Assembly (NCBI GenBank): GCA_965637545.1
Contig: OZ281496.1
Span: 11,904,001 to 11,968,000, forward strand
Source: Phallusia mammillata
Taxonomy: Eukaryota
Reading direction: 5' to 3'
Length of the DNA stretch: 64,000 nucleotides
Made by a program: the position numbers and the translations under genes. Shown piece after piece: positions 20,775-34,399 of this stretch (its first letter is position 1; every line of letters starts with the position of its first letter). The notes under the pieces were generated by a model. It did not search any database and was not told the DNA's origin. It saw only the letters and a list, made by a program, of their open reading frames with translations.

Positions 20775-22033
20775 TTAGCAGTGAACCTTAGTAAGATTCA
20801 TTAACTCACAATACTTGTTGCAATGATGGTTGCTTACAAATTCATTAATAGCAATTGCTGAAAGATTTCCAGCACAAAACATAATTTCTGTACTGTCACT
20901 TTTACAAAACAGATCCTTAGTTGCTATTTCTGGATCATAAAGCTGAAAACCTGTGCCTTGGACATCTAAAAGCATGAAGCTTTTGTTCGAGTATTCATAA
21001 CTATAATGCACCAAGCACTCTGCCTTCTCAACAACTTCAACTCTGCCCCTTTGTACTTCACCAGTGTTGTTGACGTATTTGGTAAACTTTCCTTCTACAT
21101 ATGGTTCAACAGTAGCAGCCTTTCCTTTGTATGTTGTGTAAAAAACTGTTTTGTACTCAAATGTTTCCCCCAAATCAGGAGGTGCTAGTGATCTAAATTT
21201 CTCAGTAACAGCTTTGGCTACGCTGTGCATCTGCACCTGCTTTTTTGCATGTGCTTCGAGGGTCAAACTCAAATCATTTGTTACAGTGTCTTCTGCTTCT
21301 TTGCGATAAGTTTTTAAAACCCAGCATTCTTGCTGTTCATGTTGGCGTTGTTTGACACAAAAGGCCTTGTAGGCATCTCTAAATGCTCCATGGGAAAACT
21401 GATTTTCTTCAACATCAAAGGAATCAGGTGGGTGTTGAAACCAATCTAAATTTTGCAATACAAATTCATCTTTGATTAATATAACTCGATTTTTTGGCAC
21501 TGACTTAACAAGTTTTCCAGCTCTTAAGAGTTTGGTGATTGAGATGGATGGTGGATTGATTAAGGGTATCTTTTGAAAGTCATTGTCATCATGATTGTGG
21601 TTGGTAGATTTGCTTGCACATGTTTTGGATACATTTGCTTGCTCAGAAATGGCTAAAAATCGTATCATAAAGAACTTTTTACCCTTCACCTGCTCAATCC
21701 GAGAACAAGATGGCCCTCTATCAGATGCCAAAACATCACAAGATCCAGATGGCTGATTGTAAAACTCCTCACAAGCTTTTTTAATGCTATCAAGAGAAAG
21801 TTCACTGCTGTGGTATGGAACAAAGTCCCGGGTATCCATTGGTTCGAACTTTTTTAATCTTCCTGATGGCACACTGGCCATTTTTTGAACCATAATTTCT
21901 GAAGTTACATTTTTTTCAGGTTTCTTTCCTTTTCGTTTGACTGCTAACCGAGCTTCCAACTGTTCCCAAGTCTCTTTTCGCTTCATATCAAATAAATTTT
22001 TTTGTAAAAGTTGTGTTTTTGCCAAACATTCTA
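20775..22033 (-). CDS. Alpha-kinase (eEF2K/MHCK/TRPM7-type domain); main exon, with a decayed 5' exon likely up to ATG ~22565
   Basis: FSHGAFRDAYKA, VLKTY, VEPYVEGKFTKYVNN, AECLVHYSYE, MLLDVQG, LYDPEI, FCAGNL...HHCNKYC; acceptor TTTGTTTAG near 22033. Confidence 0.9.
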
Positions 22034-23793
22034 AACAAAGTAAATAATAAAAAAATAATAGAAGCTAGTTTATACATCATGCAGCAGACTGTACTTGACC
22101 TAGCGTCCATTAAAGCAAAACATCAGTAAAACGCCACAAACTTATGCCTATTACCACAATTTTGTGGTCTTTGTTGTCTACAAATCGCTACAAATAAAAG
22201 TTACTGCAGTAACATATATCTATTTTGTGAAACATCTTTACATTCTTTAGGGCTCCACGGCCACGCTAAGTTTGCCCGTAATCGGATGAGTTAAACATCA
22301 CGTGCTTATGTAGTGTAATGGATCTTTCCATACACATCGGGATTGTCGCTTCGTAAAGAATTGCCTTTTCCATCGAACCTGATCCAATGCTTTACAATGT
22401 TATTGTTTGGCATTACAAATCAATACTCTATATATTTTTTTTATTTGATTTGCGGCGGTTGGTGACTTGCAATTGGGTCAGCATGATCACACGCGGGTGT
22501 AACCATGTTAACAGGCATTTCCATGCACGGTTTCTTGCTTTGGATGCAATCATTCATCATCGCCATTTTAAATATTTTTGCGGGACTGTACCTAACTCCT
22601 GTTTTACGGCAGAGACGCGACTGTTGTGCTTGCGATGGTCGCGTCACAGGGTTAACTTAGTTTAAGGTGTGAAAAAGTTGTGTTAATGATGAGCGATTGA
22701 CGTCATTTTTTGCATGACGTCATCAGAAGGTGTGATGACGTCGTGTATAAAGTTTGGGCTCGCTACGATGAGTATTTCACAAAATGGCGTTTTTTAGAAA
22801 GCCTGTAAAAAAAATTATGACGTCATAGTGACGTCATTATGTGTGTGACGTATCCGGGTTATGACGTACTTCATCATATATCAATATTGTTAAGTTACGT
22901 CATAAGGTTCGGAAGTTATTGCGTTTGGTCAAGAAAGTACACCGGACCCGATTAGTTGACATCGCAAATATGCCCATATTTGCTGGACTTTCTGCAAAAC
23001 ACTCCGATTGCAAAACAATTTCAAAAGCAGATGAAAAAGAAGAGCGCCCAACACAAGAATTTTTTCTCATTATTTTATCGGCTAAAAAAACGATTTTTTA
23101 AACCGTTGGTCAGCATCAAAAACACATTTGATTTCTCAGATTATTGTCTTCCGGATATGCGGCTTGACCCAGCCGAAAAAGCTCTATAATAAACATTCTG
23201 TCTGTTTCTTCCACTTTCTGGGTCCTTGCCACCAGGTCTTGTTTGGCCTTGTTCCTGAACACATTGCCGCTGGTTCATTTAATTCCAAGTGCCTTTAGGA
23301 CTTTGTAATCAGAGTCCCTGCTGATTTGTCCCATAATCGAGTGACGGAATAAAAATTCCTTTTGGTATGCTTTAAACAGCGATATACTGCACCGCAAGCT
23401 TTTTTAGACTACGTCATAGTCATGATACAATAAGACACAAAGCACATCAAATGGGTAATCCTGCTCTACCATTGACAAGTTAGTTCCTGTAATTGTTAAG
23501 TCGTGCGCTCGCTGTTTGCATTGACAATTGTTGTAAAACACCGCTTAGCAGATTGTCAAATACTGCAACTGCTGGTTATAAATTTATTGTTGATTACACC
23601 GTGCACAGTATGAAGCTTAAACTCGATGCTGTTGACGAAATGCATTTCAAATACAATTTAAATCTGAAAAAGGTTCGTAGCATGTTCGTTGTTACTACAT
23701 GTTAGTCCTACAGCAGTTCAGCACACAGAAGATATTCTGGCATGCTTAACTTAGTTTAAATGTGACCGTTTTTTGCAGAGTATCGGGACCACA

Positions 23794-25640
23794 ATGAACA
23801 GACTAGAGCTGTGTCGTATTGGTTTTATTATTTCAGTTTTTCTGTCATTGACCTCAATATGTTTTCTGCTTATTACGCCGATAAAACCGGTCATTGATGT
23901 AAAGGTAAGTGTTTTCAAATAACTTTATTGTGCATCGCTTCTTATATTGGTCCTATTTGTTTTTGGTAGCCAATGCTTCAACCACACGTAAACATTACTC
24001 CAGTGATCAGAATAGAAAATAAAAAATGTTCTAGGCCTATGCTCAAGTTCGTGTTTGTAAAGACTCATAAAACTGGTTCAAGTACTACGAAGTGGTTGCT
24101 CCACAAGTTCATGAATAAACATAACGTGTCACAGGTGAGGTTTATAACTTCGGCTAACGTGGTTTCCAACAAAAGGTATGATTGCAGATTTCGGTTTTGT
24201 TAGATTGAAATAACACCGCAACAACCACTACTCGCTATGTTTGTTTCCCTTTTTGGCCTTGTCGACTTGAGCATTGTCTTTGTGACTTGACATTTTAGAA
24301 GTTCATTAGAAAGGCACCACTTTTAGGCTGTCCTTTCGAATGCTGCCGCTAAAATATTCCAATGCTTTTGTTTTGGTACTGCTTAGATTTATAAGAACCA
24401 ACTTGCATTGTATGATTTCACTCAAATTTTTTGCGCTTGTGCAACAAAAGTTTTTCTCAAGGACCTTGAAATGTTTTGTGTTATGCAGGCCTGTTTTTAG
24501 GGACTACGAATCAACAAAATGGTGTACCAACAGTCACATTTGAATGGTTTGCCTCAGTTACATTCTATTTAAATCACACCGTTTCCTTTAGATACTATAG
24601 GTTCTGCATCATATGGTTAACATTTTGCAGTTGCAGACTGCGGAATTTCCGATCGGCTTAGTAGGAGGATATCCTGGCCGTTTCAAGTGCAAGTTTATTT
24701 TTGCAAAAGGATCTGCAATTAATATTAATCACGTGAGGTTTGATGCAGATGAAATGAAAAGATGTTTTCATCCCGATACAAGGTATATACTCGTTAAGTT
24801 GCCCATTTGATGTCGTGTAGTAATGTTGAGTAAACTAATATCGCGTACAAGTGGAAAATACCAACAAATATTTTAATTTAGGTATTTTACAATAATTCGA
24901 AAGCCATGGGACAATTTTCTTTCTTCTTACAACTTTTTCCCCAAACTGAAAGCGCTTTCGTTCCACTGCGACCAAATGCCGTCAATTTACGTCAACCAGG
25001 GTGCAGACGGCAACACGGCTCAACTCCTTTCAAAAGCTGTATTATTGCTCAATTCGTCGGTTCCTTTCTATTTCAGGTGAGATTTGCCCCAATGTGGCAA
25101 ACAAATTGTTTTAATACGATGAAATGACTTCTGGATCTGTCACAAACACTCGATAAAAACGAAACCCACTTTTGTGTCCAGGTACCGAAATTCACAGTCA
25201 TATGATTTAGGAATTGACTCAATGTTGGACGATGACAAAGAAATTAAAAGACAGATACGAGAATTGGATAAAAACATGGATCTAGTTATGCTGCTTGAAT
25301 ATCTTGAGGAGTCTCTCATACTCCTAAAGGCTTGTTTGAGATGCAAATTTCTATTTAACATGTTCTAACTTAAAATGTAACCAACAACGACTTCTTTTAA
25401 AAGCGTTGTGAAAAGATTTGATGCTAATCATTAAAGATAATTGTTGTTGTTTTTGCAAGAATATTTCAATGCTAAACTGTAGATGTTTTGCACCGAAAAA
25501 TATACTTTTTGTGTTAGGATCTACTGTGTTGCGATTGGGATGTTGTAAGCAATTTTGCCTATTTGAACAAAAATTTTTATAATCGAAAATCCCTAATTGA
25601 TGAACAGGAGAAGAAAAACTTCCAGCAACTCTATAACTTT
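23794..25640 (+). CDS. Galactose-3-O-sulfotransferase-like gene, exons 23794-23904, 23970-24134, 24637-24782, 24882-25076, 25182-25329, 25518-25640; 3' end unresolved
   Basis: Type II TM anchor, PAPS-binding FVKTHKTGSST, YFTIIRKPW, RNSQSYDLG, DLVMLLEYLEESLILLK|DLLC; exon phases join in one open frame. Confidence 0.85.
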
Positions 25641-26429
25641 GTACGTAAGCACAGAAAAAGTTTTGTAACGCTCTCTCTGGAATCCGATATTATGTATAAC
25701 ACTGTTACTCGCTTCACAAAAAGCTTCTACACGTTAAGTCGCATGACCTGGCAGGAGTAGTAAACTTCTGTTGTTATTTAAGAAGCGTCAAGCGATAGTT
25801 TATAGATTCGAATACCGCGCATTCTTATTTCTAGGCTTGATTTGGGTTAAAGTAACGTTGTGTTCCGTAACAGTTTGGTTTCTTTTGTGTTCAGGATATT
25901 GTACTTTACGATTACTTTAACAAAACCCTTTGGAAACGGGTTGACGCATACGGACGGGAGAAAATGGCGAAGGATTTGAAAATACTACGCAAAAGACAAA
26001 CCAAGCCGTCAGCTGTAGGACCAAATCGTTTACCTCCGGAAGTACATACTTCCCGGTTGGAAAGAGCCCCCCGCACATTCCTTAGATGAGTGGTCGGCAA
26101 AGTTTACATAAGAAAGATTCAAATGAGAAAAAGTACAATCGAAATTTGTATTTAACAAACCAGTTCTTGCATCATGCACGCGTTTCTGTTTACTCAGTGG
26201 TATTTTAGTTTGATGGAGCGTCATGTTTGTACCCTAATGACTAACCCACAGAGTTTTTCACATTACGTTTTGCTACATTTTTCCCGTTGGTTATTAATTC
26301 GTGCGTGTAACAATTTAAATACTAATATGATGTCATCGACACTTAAATAAGCACCCTAACGTCACCAACATTATTGTCGAAAAGTGGTTGTTTAAAAAAA
26401 AAACATGTCGCAGTGAAGACTGCCACTGT

Positions 26430-27602
26430 ACGCTCAGTGACGACAGGAGTTAAAGGGCGGTGGTAGAACCTTTGATCCCAATGCATGCCGGTGGAGAAAG
26501 CAATGAGTTACAATGATGTGAGGAGCTTCCTTCTTTACCAAAGAAACAAATCCTAAAGTTTTTCCGAGCATTGCGGGTGCCCCGTCTGTACATAAACTAC
26601 CTATATTTTCCTTCCAGTTGAAGTCTTGCTCGGCAAAGAAACTGTTTACACTTTGTAATACGTCTGTGGCCTTTGTGGTTCGCAAAATAGGAATTCTTCT
26701 TTAATTGCATCAATGTGCATATATCGAACATATACAAGAAGTTGGGCACAGTGAGAGACATCTGTGCTTTCATCCAATTGCATGCTGAATGGAAATGGCA
26801 AAGCTTTTATTTCCTTCATTACTTGTTCCAGGATATTAGCCGAAATGTCAGTGATTCTGGATCTAATGCTGTCATTTGACAAAGGCACACATTCAAGTTT
26901 CTTTCTTTGTTCTATGCCGCAAACCAGCCCAGTCATTACCAGGGAGCACAGTTTTATCAATGTCTCTCCAATCATATGTGCTTTCTTTTGTATAGCAATG
27001 TTATAAGTAACTTTGTAAGATGCTTCGAGAAATGGCTTCTGTGTTGTCACAAACCCGTATTTTGGCAAAGTCCCAGCTTTCTCAAATAGAGCCTCCCTGG
27101 AACAAAAAGAATCAACACTATCCCGCGCAATTTCAGGGTGAACAGATATGGTCTTTCAGCTTTGCTGGCTTTAAACTTGCTTTTGGCAAGCACTTTACCG
27201 CAGAAAACATTGCAGTCTTTCGCTGCCATCACTACCAGTAATGAAGGTAAAACCAAAGGCAACATAGTCTTCATTATACTTTCTCTTCTTCGACATTCCT
27301 TCAATGATCTGCTAAATTTTTCAACTTACTAACTTGCCTGCTAAATGTATCCTTTCACAGCACAATCCACATACACTACAATGCCAGACTTACAATAGTA
27401 GAGTAGCCATTATGTATTATTGCATCACAAAGGCGGTTTTGCAATTGCTCAAACTACTCCAGGTGCATGTTTAGCTGCCGTTGTGGCCTGGTTGAGTGAA
27501 AACCTTATGGACAGAGGAAAATACATCGTTTTTCGGAATAATTGTATTTCGCTTCATGGACCCCTCGATACATCTTCACGGACCCCAGGTTAAGAATCCC
27601 TG
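26430..27602 (-). mobile_element. hAT Buster-type element, 5' half, decayed transposase
   Basis: TIR GGTTAAGAATCCCTG at the right end; fragments QLDESTDVSHCAQLLVYVRY, LCTDGAPAMLG, HCFLHRHAL with frameshifts. Confidence 0.85.
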
Positions 27603-27806
27603 GCTTATTACATTGTTACGCGATTTGGGGCAGAACGTGTGTTCACAAAAAACGTTGTTCGACAACTTTAATAATAATGCAGAATGTTCAAATCTGTTTT
27701 GACAAAATTAAGGTTCTTCAAAATGTAGGATATGGAGTTCAAAAACCCATGCAACTGGTAAACAACACAGATGTCATGCGGGCTTATAAAACATTCGTGG
27801 AATAGT
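27603..27806 (+). other. Possible decayed last exon of the GAL3ST-like gene
   Basis: IVTRFGAERV resembles the FG.ERM segment near GAL3ST C-termini; frame disrupted. Confidence 0.35.
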
Positions 27807-29949
27807 GCAAAGTTAGCGAAAGAAAGATTACGGACAAGATCCATACATTGACGAAAGAACATACACAACATACTATCGAACTAAATGCAAATAATCAGGC
27901 AATGGCTGTCACAACCAACTCAACTGTACTCTGTCAGATTTGTTTGGACGAAGTGAAATCTTTTGCCGAAAGTCCTGCGAAGCCACGCAGAATTCAACAA
28001 CGCACGGGGTCACAGGATTTTTGTATATAATCCACAACTTATTAAAGGAACTTGTATTCTTATGTTACGCGTGTAGTGAACATGTACGCTTCACTTTGTT
28101 TTCACTTATTATTTCACACTTTAAAATTGTGTTTCTATTTTTCAAAAAAAAATTATGTTAGATGCATAAGACCAACACTTTGCAATGGAGCTCTTAAAGT
28201 GTGTTTGAGAAAATGTACTTCGGACAGAACGATTCGGCTATTGCGTTTATGCGCGGGCGGACAACTATTTGTTGCGAAACGAACACCAAACTGACATGGA
28301 CGAAATGGGATATGGTTAACAACTGTTGAACGAAACCGTGTTTAAAGTTATAAAGGAGATAACAGCCATATTTCATCGACTCAGAAAAGTAAACAGAGAA
28401 GCCCAACGACAGCTTGAAACTTTAATGCTTTCTGACAGCGGCATTGGAAAGTTCGGGAGAAGGGTTCTCACAACAAAGCGCAAATTAAGATCATTCACCG
28501 ACTGATTCGCATTTGAGCCAAACTGGAAGTAGCACCAACATTGATCGGACATCAGCATGTCCAGGCATACTAAATGAATTGTACTTACTTGTAATTGTAC
28601 TGAAAATTATACTAAATTTTGTGTCTTTTTATACCTTCGTTTATCATGGTCACGTTTTTTCCCTTACCTCGCGACTGCTTTTTCTTGTCATGATAAATAA
28701 GTAATCTATCCATAGGCACAACTTGGATACAATAAGAAGGTATGCGTGGCAATTTTGAAAAACACGTTCGTACCATTTCCAATGCTAGACAAGTGGAAAG
28801 GGAGAGCGCAAATATTAGTGACTAATTAAGCAATATTGGCAAGCTTTTTCTTGGGCCTGGAGCGTCGCATTCATAGCTGTGTCTTGACAGGAGGAAGGAC
28901 ACATTTTAAAATAAATCAGCTTAGTAACTTTCTAGTATGTCCACATGGTGTAGGCAGTTTAATGTGCGCTAAGGCTTAATCTTTTCACATACACATATCT
29001 CTGAAGTTTGTCATTAGTGTGACTTAACATGCAGCCTAGCTTTATAAAATAAGGGGTTATTATCTTGCCAACCTAAATGAAATTGATCAGAGTTTTGTCA
29101 AGTAGGCTGTCTGAGTGCACACATATAACTGCCACTTAAGCTTTGATATTCATGCTGCTGTTAACCCGAAAATGAAATAATATGTGCCTGAACGAATTTG
29201 GACGTTGTTGCTTCTTTGCACACTACAATCTTCTATATCCAATCTCTATCTGTCTTAGCTGTCCTCTTAAACCAAACATTCAATGTTGTGACTGTCGAAC
29301 CAGCATACCAACCGCTATATACGAGTGCACTGACCCGTTGCCTACAACCTTGTAAAACAAAAAAAGAGTATAACGTTGTTTAGAAGACTGGCCGTCCAGC
29401 AGAGTTAGTGTGTAGTCTAGGTGAAAGCTCAAACTGATCAGTTGAGTGCAAGATACCTGATAATAAGAGATAAATTTGGACAGCTAGTATCTTGACCGTG
29501 CTCAGTCAGACAAGCAGCGCGCAAGTGTTAAAACAAATTCAAGCCAAATCGCCCCAATCCATTCTACTGTTATTGTAAAGTTAGTCAATCTGATATCCAA
29601 TTAACAACAGAGCATGCGGCGCATCAAATAATCCAAATTTGTTTTCGTGGCAAACGTAACAAAAGTTTATCAAAGAATGGTAATTTTCAACTTAAGAGCG
29701 GTGAGAAAGGATGCTTTTCTTTGCCAATAACAAAAACGAGCTTTGTTGTCATGCACACCAGTGTTTTGCGATGATCCTAAAACACTATAGAAGCAGCAAA
29801 CGCAAGGAGGAAAAAAGAAAACAGATTTTAAGTTTTAACGTTTTTGTGTATTGTAAACAAACAACAAACGAAAAAATCTATGACACAATCAGTTTTGTTG
29901 TCAAACATGTTTCGACGAATTTCCGAAACAGCAACAAACTCTTTAGTGA

Positions 29950-31950
29950 TTTCTTCAACCGGTACTTGATCGAGTAAATCTGAATGCACGTGACAAACAG
30001 CTAGATGATTTAAGCGAACCTAGGTAGTCGTGCTTCTCAGCCAAGTTTTTAGACGCCGAAGTGTTGAAAAACTTCGCTCGCATTCACAAGAGCTGACAGG
30101 GCACACCAAAAGCAGTTTGAGCAAAACAAACACCTGCGTGAATAACTGGCGTAGCTCGGAACTCATAGCGCGATAAGCCAACTTCGCTTCGTTTACAGAA
30201 CTTGCCCCCGTGTGCTGCTTAAACATCGGCAACTGTACAGATAGTTGAGTTACATTCATTTGAGGATATTTTGAAATTAAATCTAAATTTGTTGCTGTGC
30301 CCTTCATTATCATATTTTTGATTTTCAAATATGTTTGGAAGCTTGAGTTGCGGACATCATACCGTTTCTGCAAACACCCAAGTAAACAATCAATAAACTC
30401 CACGTACAACAATCTGTAATGGTCTTTGGCACATTTGGCGTGGAAGTGCGGTGAGGATCCAACGAAACGCGGTGTCGGCTGCCGACGGCGTGGCACAGAA
30501 ATTTCATCAAGCCCCAAATTCGCTGATATCTTTGTTGCTTCTTCAAAAACGTTCGTGTACATTATAGGGGCACGAAATACTTGTATCTGCTTCGCTGTTG
30601 TCGCTACAGCCTCTATTGATCCTGCATAACATACAAACCTAAGCATTCTGTGTCTAAAAATTGGTACAATTACTACCTGATAAATTTGAAGAAGGTGCCT
30701 GCATCGAGCTGTTTAGTTGTTCCAGCAGAGCTATTGTTTTTTTAACAAGGTATAAAGCTAAGAATGTTTCGGTTTTCTCGAAACGATTCAAAAGAGCACT
30801 GGCTTTGGTGGCAGAATCTGCACTCCCCTCCGACATGCTGCGAAGACTTTCAGTTACAGCAGAATAATTTTCCAATACCGATAAAATTGCCGACAATCGA
30901 CACAGCAAACGAGTTGGACAAAGCGGCCGAATCGATGCTTTTGTATTGATGAGCTCCGTACTACAAGGAACAACGCTTTCAATCACATCCTGCAAACATT
31001 AATCATGATTTAATAATCACACAAAAAACACATAAAATAGTTACGTCGCCTTACCGTAAACTTTCCAGATCTCTTAAATAACACGCCTAGTTCATGGACC
31101 CATTGGACGGTGTCCCTGAAAAACGGACAACTTGCAATTGATTCCTGCATAACCAAGTTTGCCAAGTGTGACTGGCAATGGAAATATGTAGCGAGTGGGT
31201 ACTGACTGCTAATAACGGATTGACACCCATTGTACTTCCCACTCATATTTGAGGCCCCGTCGTACGTTTGTGCACGTATTTGACCAGCAGATAGGGAAAA
31301 TCGAGTCAGAACGTCTCAAATCATCCTTGCAATTGCATCTCCAGGTGTCTGCTGCATTTTGACCAGACACAGAAAATCTTCATGTACACATAGCTCCGAA
31401 TCGACATGGCGGATGCAAACAGACTCTTGCTCACTTCCACAAATATCTTGTGTGCCGTCGACCATCACTGCGAACATACCATTGGCTTTAATTTTAGACG
31501 CTAAAAATCGTAAAATAAAGTGACTGAACATTTGTGTCATTTCTTGCTGACCACGAAAGTTGGTTTTTCGCTGGAGGAACTCTTTTAACTCGGCACTGTC
31601 TTCAGCACGAAGTTTTAGGAGTTGGTGGTAATTTCCTTCTCCGTCGCCATGGCCTCGGATAGTCAGACCTTGTCGCAACAAATATCGCAAAGACGTGAAC
31701 AATTTTATCAGCGATCGCCTGGCAGCAGCTTGTTGTTCGTTAAAGCCTGTGTTTATTTGAAGTGCAACAGACAAACAATTCGATTGAGTTCCATTGTTGA
31801 CAACAATGTGAATTATGATGTAGTATTATGTCGTTAGATTTGTGTTAGACTTATATCTTATTTTTGGCTCAAGGGTATGAAAAATATTGGGGGAGACAGA
31901 TGAATGGAAGTCCCCCCCCAACCAAATTTTTTTGGGGGGACATGCCCCCG
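29950..31950 (-). mobile_element. hAT Tip100/ZMYM1-like transposase, fragmented
   Basis: RYLLRQGLTIRGH, FAVMVDGTQD, FHCQSHLANL, LCPTRLL, PVSSCECERSFSTLRRLKTWLRST. Confidence 0.85.
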
Positions 31951-33049
31951 TTTTGGGTTGTCGGTTATGAATTTTCATTTGCATATTAGGTGCCGATTCT
32001 GATTTGCTAGAAGCTCAAGTGATGGCTCATTTTAAAGGTATAGTTGTAGAGAATATCACATTGAAATTTTATAGGGCAGCGGTGAATTTTAGGGCCAGCG
32101 CACATCGACTACTTTTGGGGGTGATTTCGGATATTATTTATGAATTATTAAACTCGAGTTTGGCAAAGCCAACTTGTTGCAAAAAGCTCAGGTGATAGCT
32201 CATTTTAAAGGTATGAATGTAAGGATTAACATTTGTCAATTTAAAAGAGCTGCGTTAAATTTTTAAGGCCAGCGCACATCGAATATGATTTTGGTGAATA
32301 TGGCACATTGTTATTAATTTGGACACGATTCTCATTTGCTAGAACACTGTGTTTGGGCTTATCTTGAAGCTTGTGTTCAGGAGAAAAGTTTGCAAGACAT
32401 TATATGGAGCACCCCTGGCGTAATGACGTTCGTATCGTTGAATATTAATTTCAAAATACGCGTATTAATAACTGAAAAATAGTTTTTTTCAAAAGTTTGT
32501 GCGCTGAAAAGCTTTAAAAGCGTAGAATATTGTGTCCGAATTTCAGTATCGTATCTTTTTTAGTTTTACCGCAAAGCGATTGCTCGCTAGCTTCACCCTG
32601 GTCATGTCATTATTTCATTGGACTTTGCCAGCGTGCTACTTGAATCAACTTGATCCAGAAAATTTTAATATCCATCTGTTTTCAAGTTTCAAACAAAAAC
32701 TTCCTCCACACATGTCTCATCGAAGTCCATCGTGTAGGCTTTTGTGTTGCGACAAGAGTCCGCAGTCATCACCGTCGGTTTGTTGCTGGACATTTACAAC
32801 AGTTTATTAAACCCCTTAACGTCGGCATATGAGCGTTTGTGTAAAACAAATATTTATTATGTCAGTGTGCTTTACTTTTCCACTCAGAAAAAAAACCTTT
32901 GGGGGGGGGGGGTGCCCTCTGTAACGAACATTTCGTCCACTAGGGTTATTGATTTCCGAACACAACTCACTTTCAAACATATACTGCAATTAAAACAATT
33001 ATAAAACAAAAATGCAACCATCATTTTAGGACAGGTGAAAATTGCTGAA

Positions 33050-33790
33050 ATAATTGGTGTGTTTGTTTAGATACAGATTCATGTTGCATTTTTTGCAACC
33101 ATCACGGTTTTGTCTTTCATCTTTCAACTTTGCCGCTTTTCTCCGACCTTGAGTCGATGCTCAACGTGTTTCATTTTGCGGTCGTTTCGCTGGGTTGGAG
33201 GATCTGTCGCAGCAAATCTGGGCGTCTGGCTGGCTCATTTTTCTGACAAATGCATGGTCGGCGGCAACGACGTGCCTTGGGCCCAAAGCGCTGATGAAAA
33301 ATCAAACAAAGGCCGTTTTCACGTGGGTAAAGAGACAAAATTTTGGTCGCGCCTTGTTTTCCATAAAACATCAGATCTCTTGGCGAAACTTTGAAGGTCG
33401 TCGATGTTTTCTTTAGCCAGGATAATTCTGACGTCTGCTGGCATTTGTTGTAGAAATAAATGCTCGAAAAGGAAACACGGCTTGTAATCGCCTAACAAAG
33501 CCAGCAGTTCATTCATTAGGACTGATGGTTTTCGATCCCCTAAATCAGGCAAATTTGCTTTGAAAAGCTTTGAAAGTGAATATGTGTCCAACAGTTGCTG
33601 CTTAAGCGCTTCATATTTTCCTTCTGCAGGCGGGTGTTACAACAAATCAATCAGACATTGTGCTGTGTTTTGATCCAATGCAGAAACCACTTTATCGTCG
33701 ATTATCTTCCGCAAAGCAAACTTTGCTTCTGCTTGATTAAACCAAAACACGCGGTTGGGCGGTCCAAAATGTCGGCAACTTTATGAGACA
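33050..33790 (-). mobile_element. Gypsy LTR-retrotransposon gag fragment
   Basis: LGDRKPSVLMNEL..LFEHLFLQQMP..VRIILA and knuckle C..HQRFGPKARRCRRPC; same family as 36825-37440. Confidence 0.75.
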
Positions 33791-34399
33791 ACATTTAGTG
33801 CAATATATATGTACTGTTTGGTTATGTAGGTTTTTTTTCTCTCAGGGCATGTTAATACTAGCCACAGGTTGATTTTAAGAGTAAAATTTAACTCTTTTAT
33901 TCCATATAAATTAATAAAATTATACTGCATAGTCAATGCTATGTTTTTGTATGTAGGTATTTTGTTGACATAAACGTACCCCAGACCTGTGTAAGAGGGT
34001 GGTAACCGACGGATCAGTCTTCGCGCATAAACAGGGTTGCCACTAGAATAACTTACACAAAGTATTTTCTACGAACAAGGAGTTGCTGCAACAGATTGTT
34101 CTGGCAAAAATATGGCATTTGTTTCGTTTCCTATAAAAATCTTACTTTTGGCTGTTCCTTTTTTAGGATTCATGTCGATGGCAACACTCCAATAATCTTA
34201 GCGAAAGACGATCAGTGTCAGTAAAATCTTTTTTGCCATTCTTGCGTGAAATGTTTGCAATTTACAAAATATTGGCGCATCCAACTTGATTTTTTAGGTG
34301 TTAAAAGAAAATAGGAACATGTACATCTGGGTAGTGGAAATTCACTTTGTGCGTTTAGTTGCTCTGCAAATGGGCATAATATGCGTATGCATACATGTA

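Larger units (their letters stand above)
13494..22950. mobile_element. 9.46-kb composite element with ~360-bp terminal inverted repeats
   Basis: 13494-13849 (CGGGTCTGGTGTACTTTCTTGACCAAACGC...) is the imperfect reverse complement of 22588-22950 (...GCGTTTGGTCAAGAAAGTACACCGGACCCG); no TSD found. Confidence 0.85.

Noticed and set aside
13485-22960. Target-site duplication for the long-TIR element
   Set aside because: Flanks ...CCAAACATA and ATTAGTTGA... do not match at any length tested
28373-28558. Protein-like minus-strand ORF
   Set aside because: Short, no recognisable domain or supported splice context
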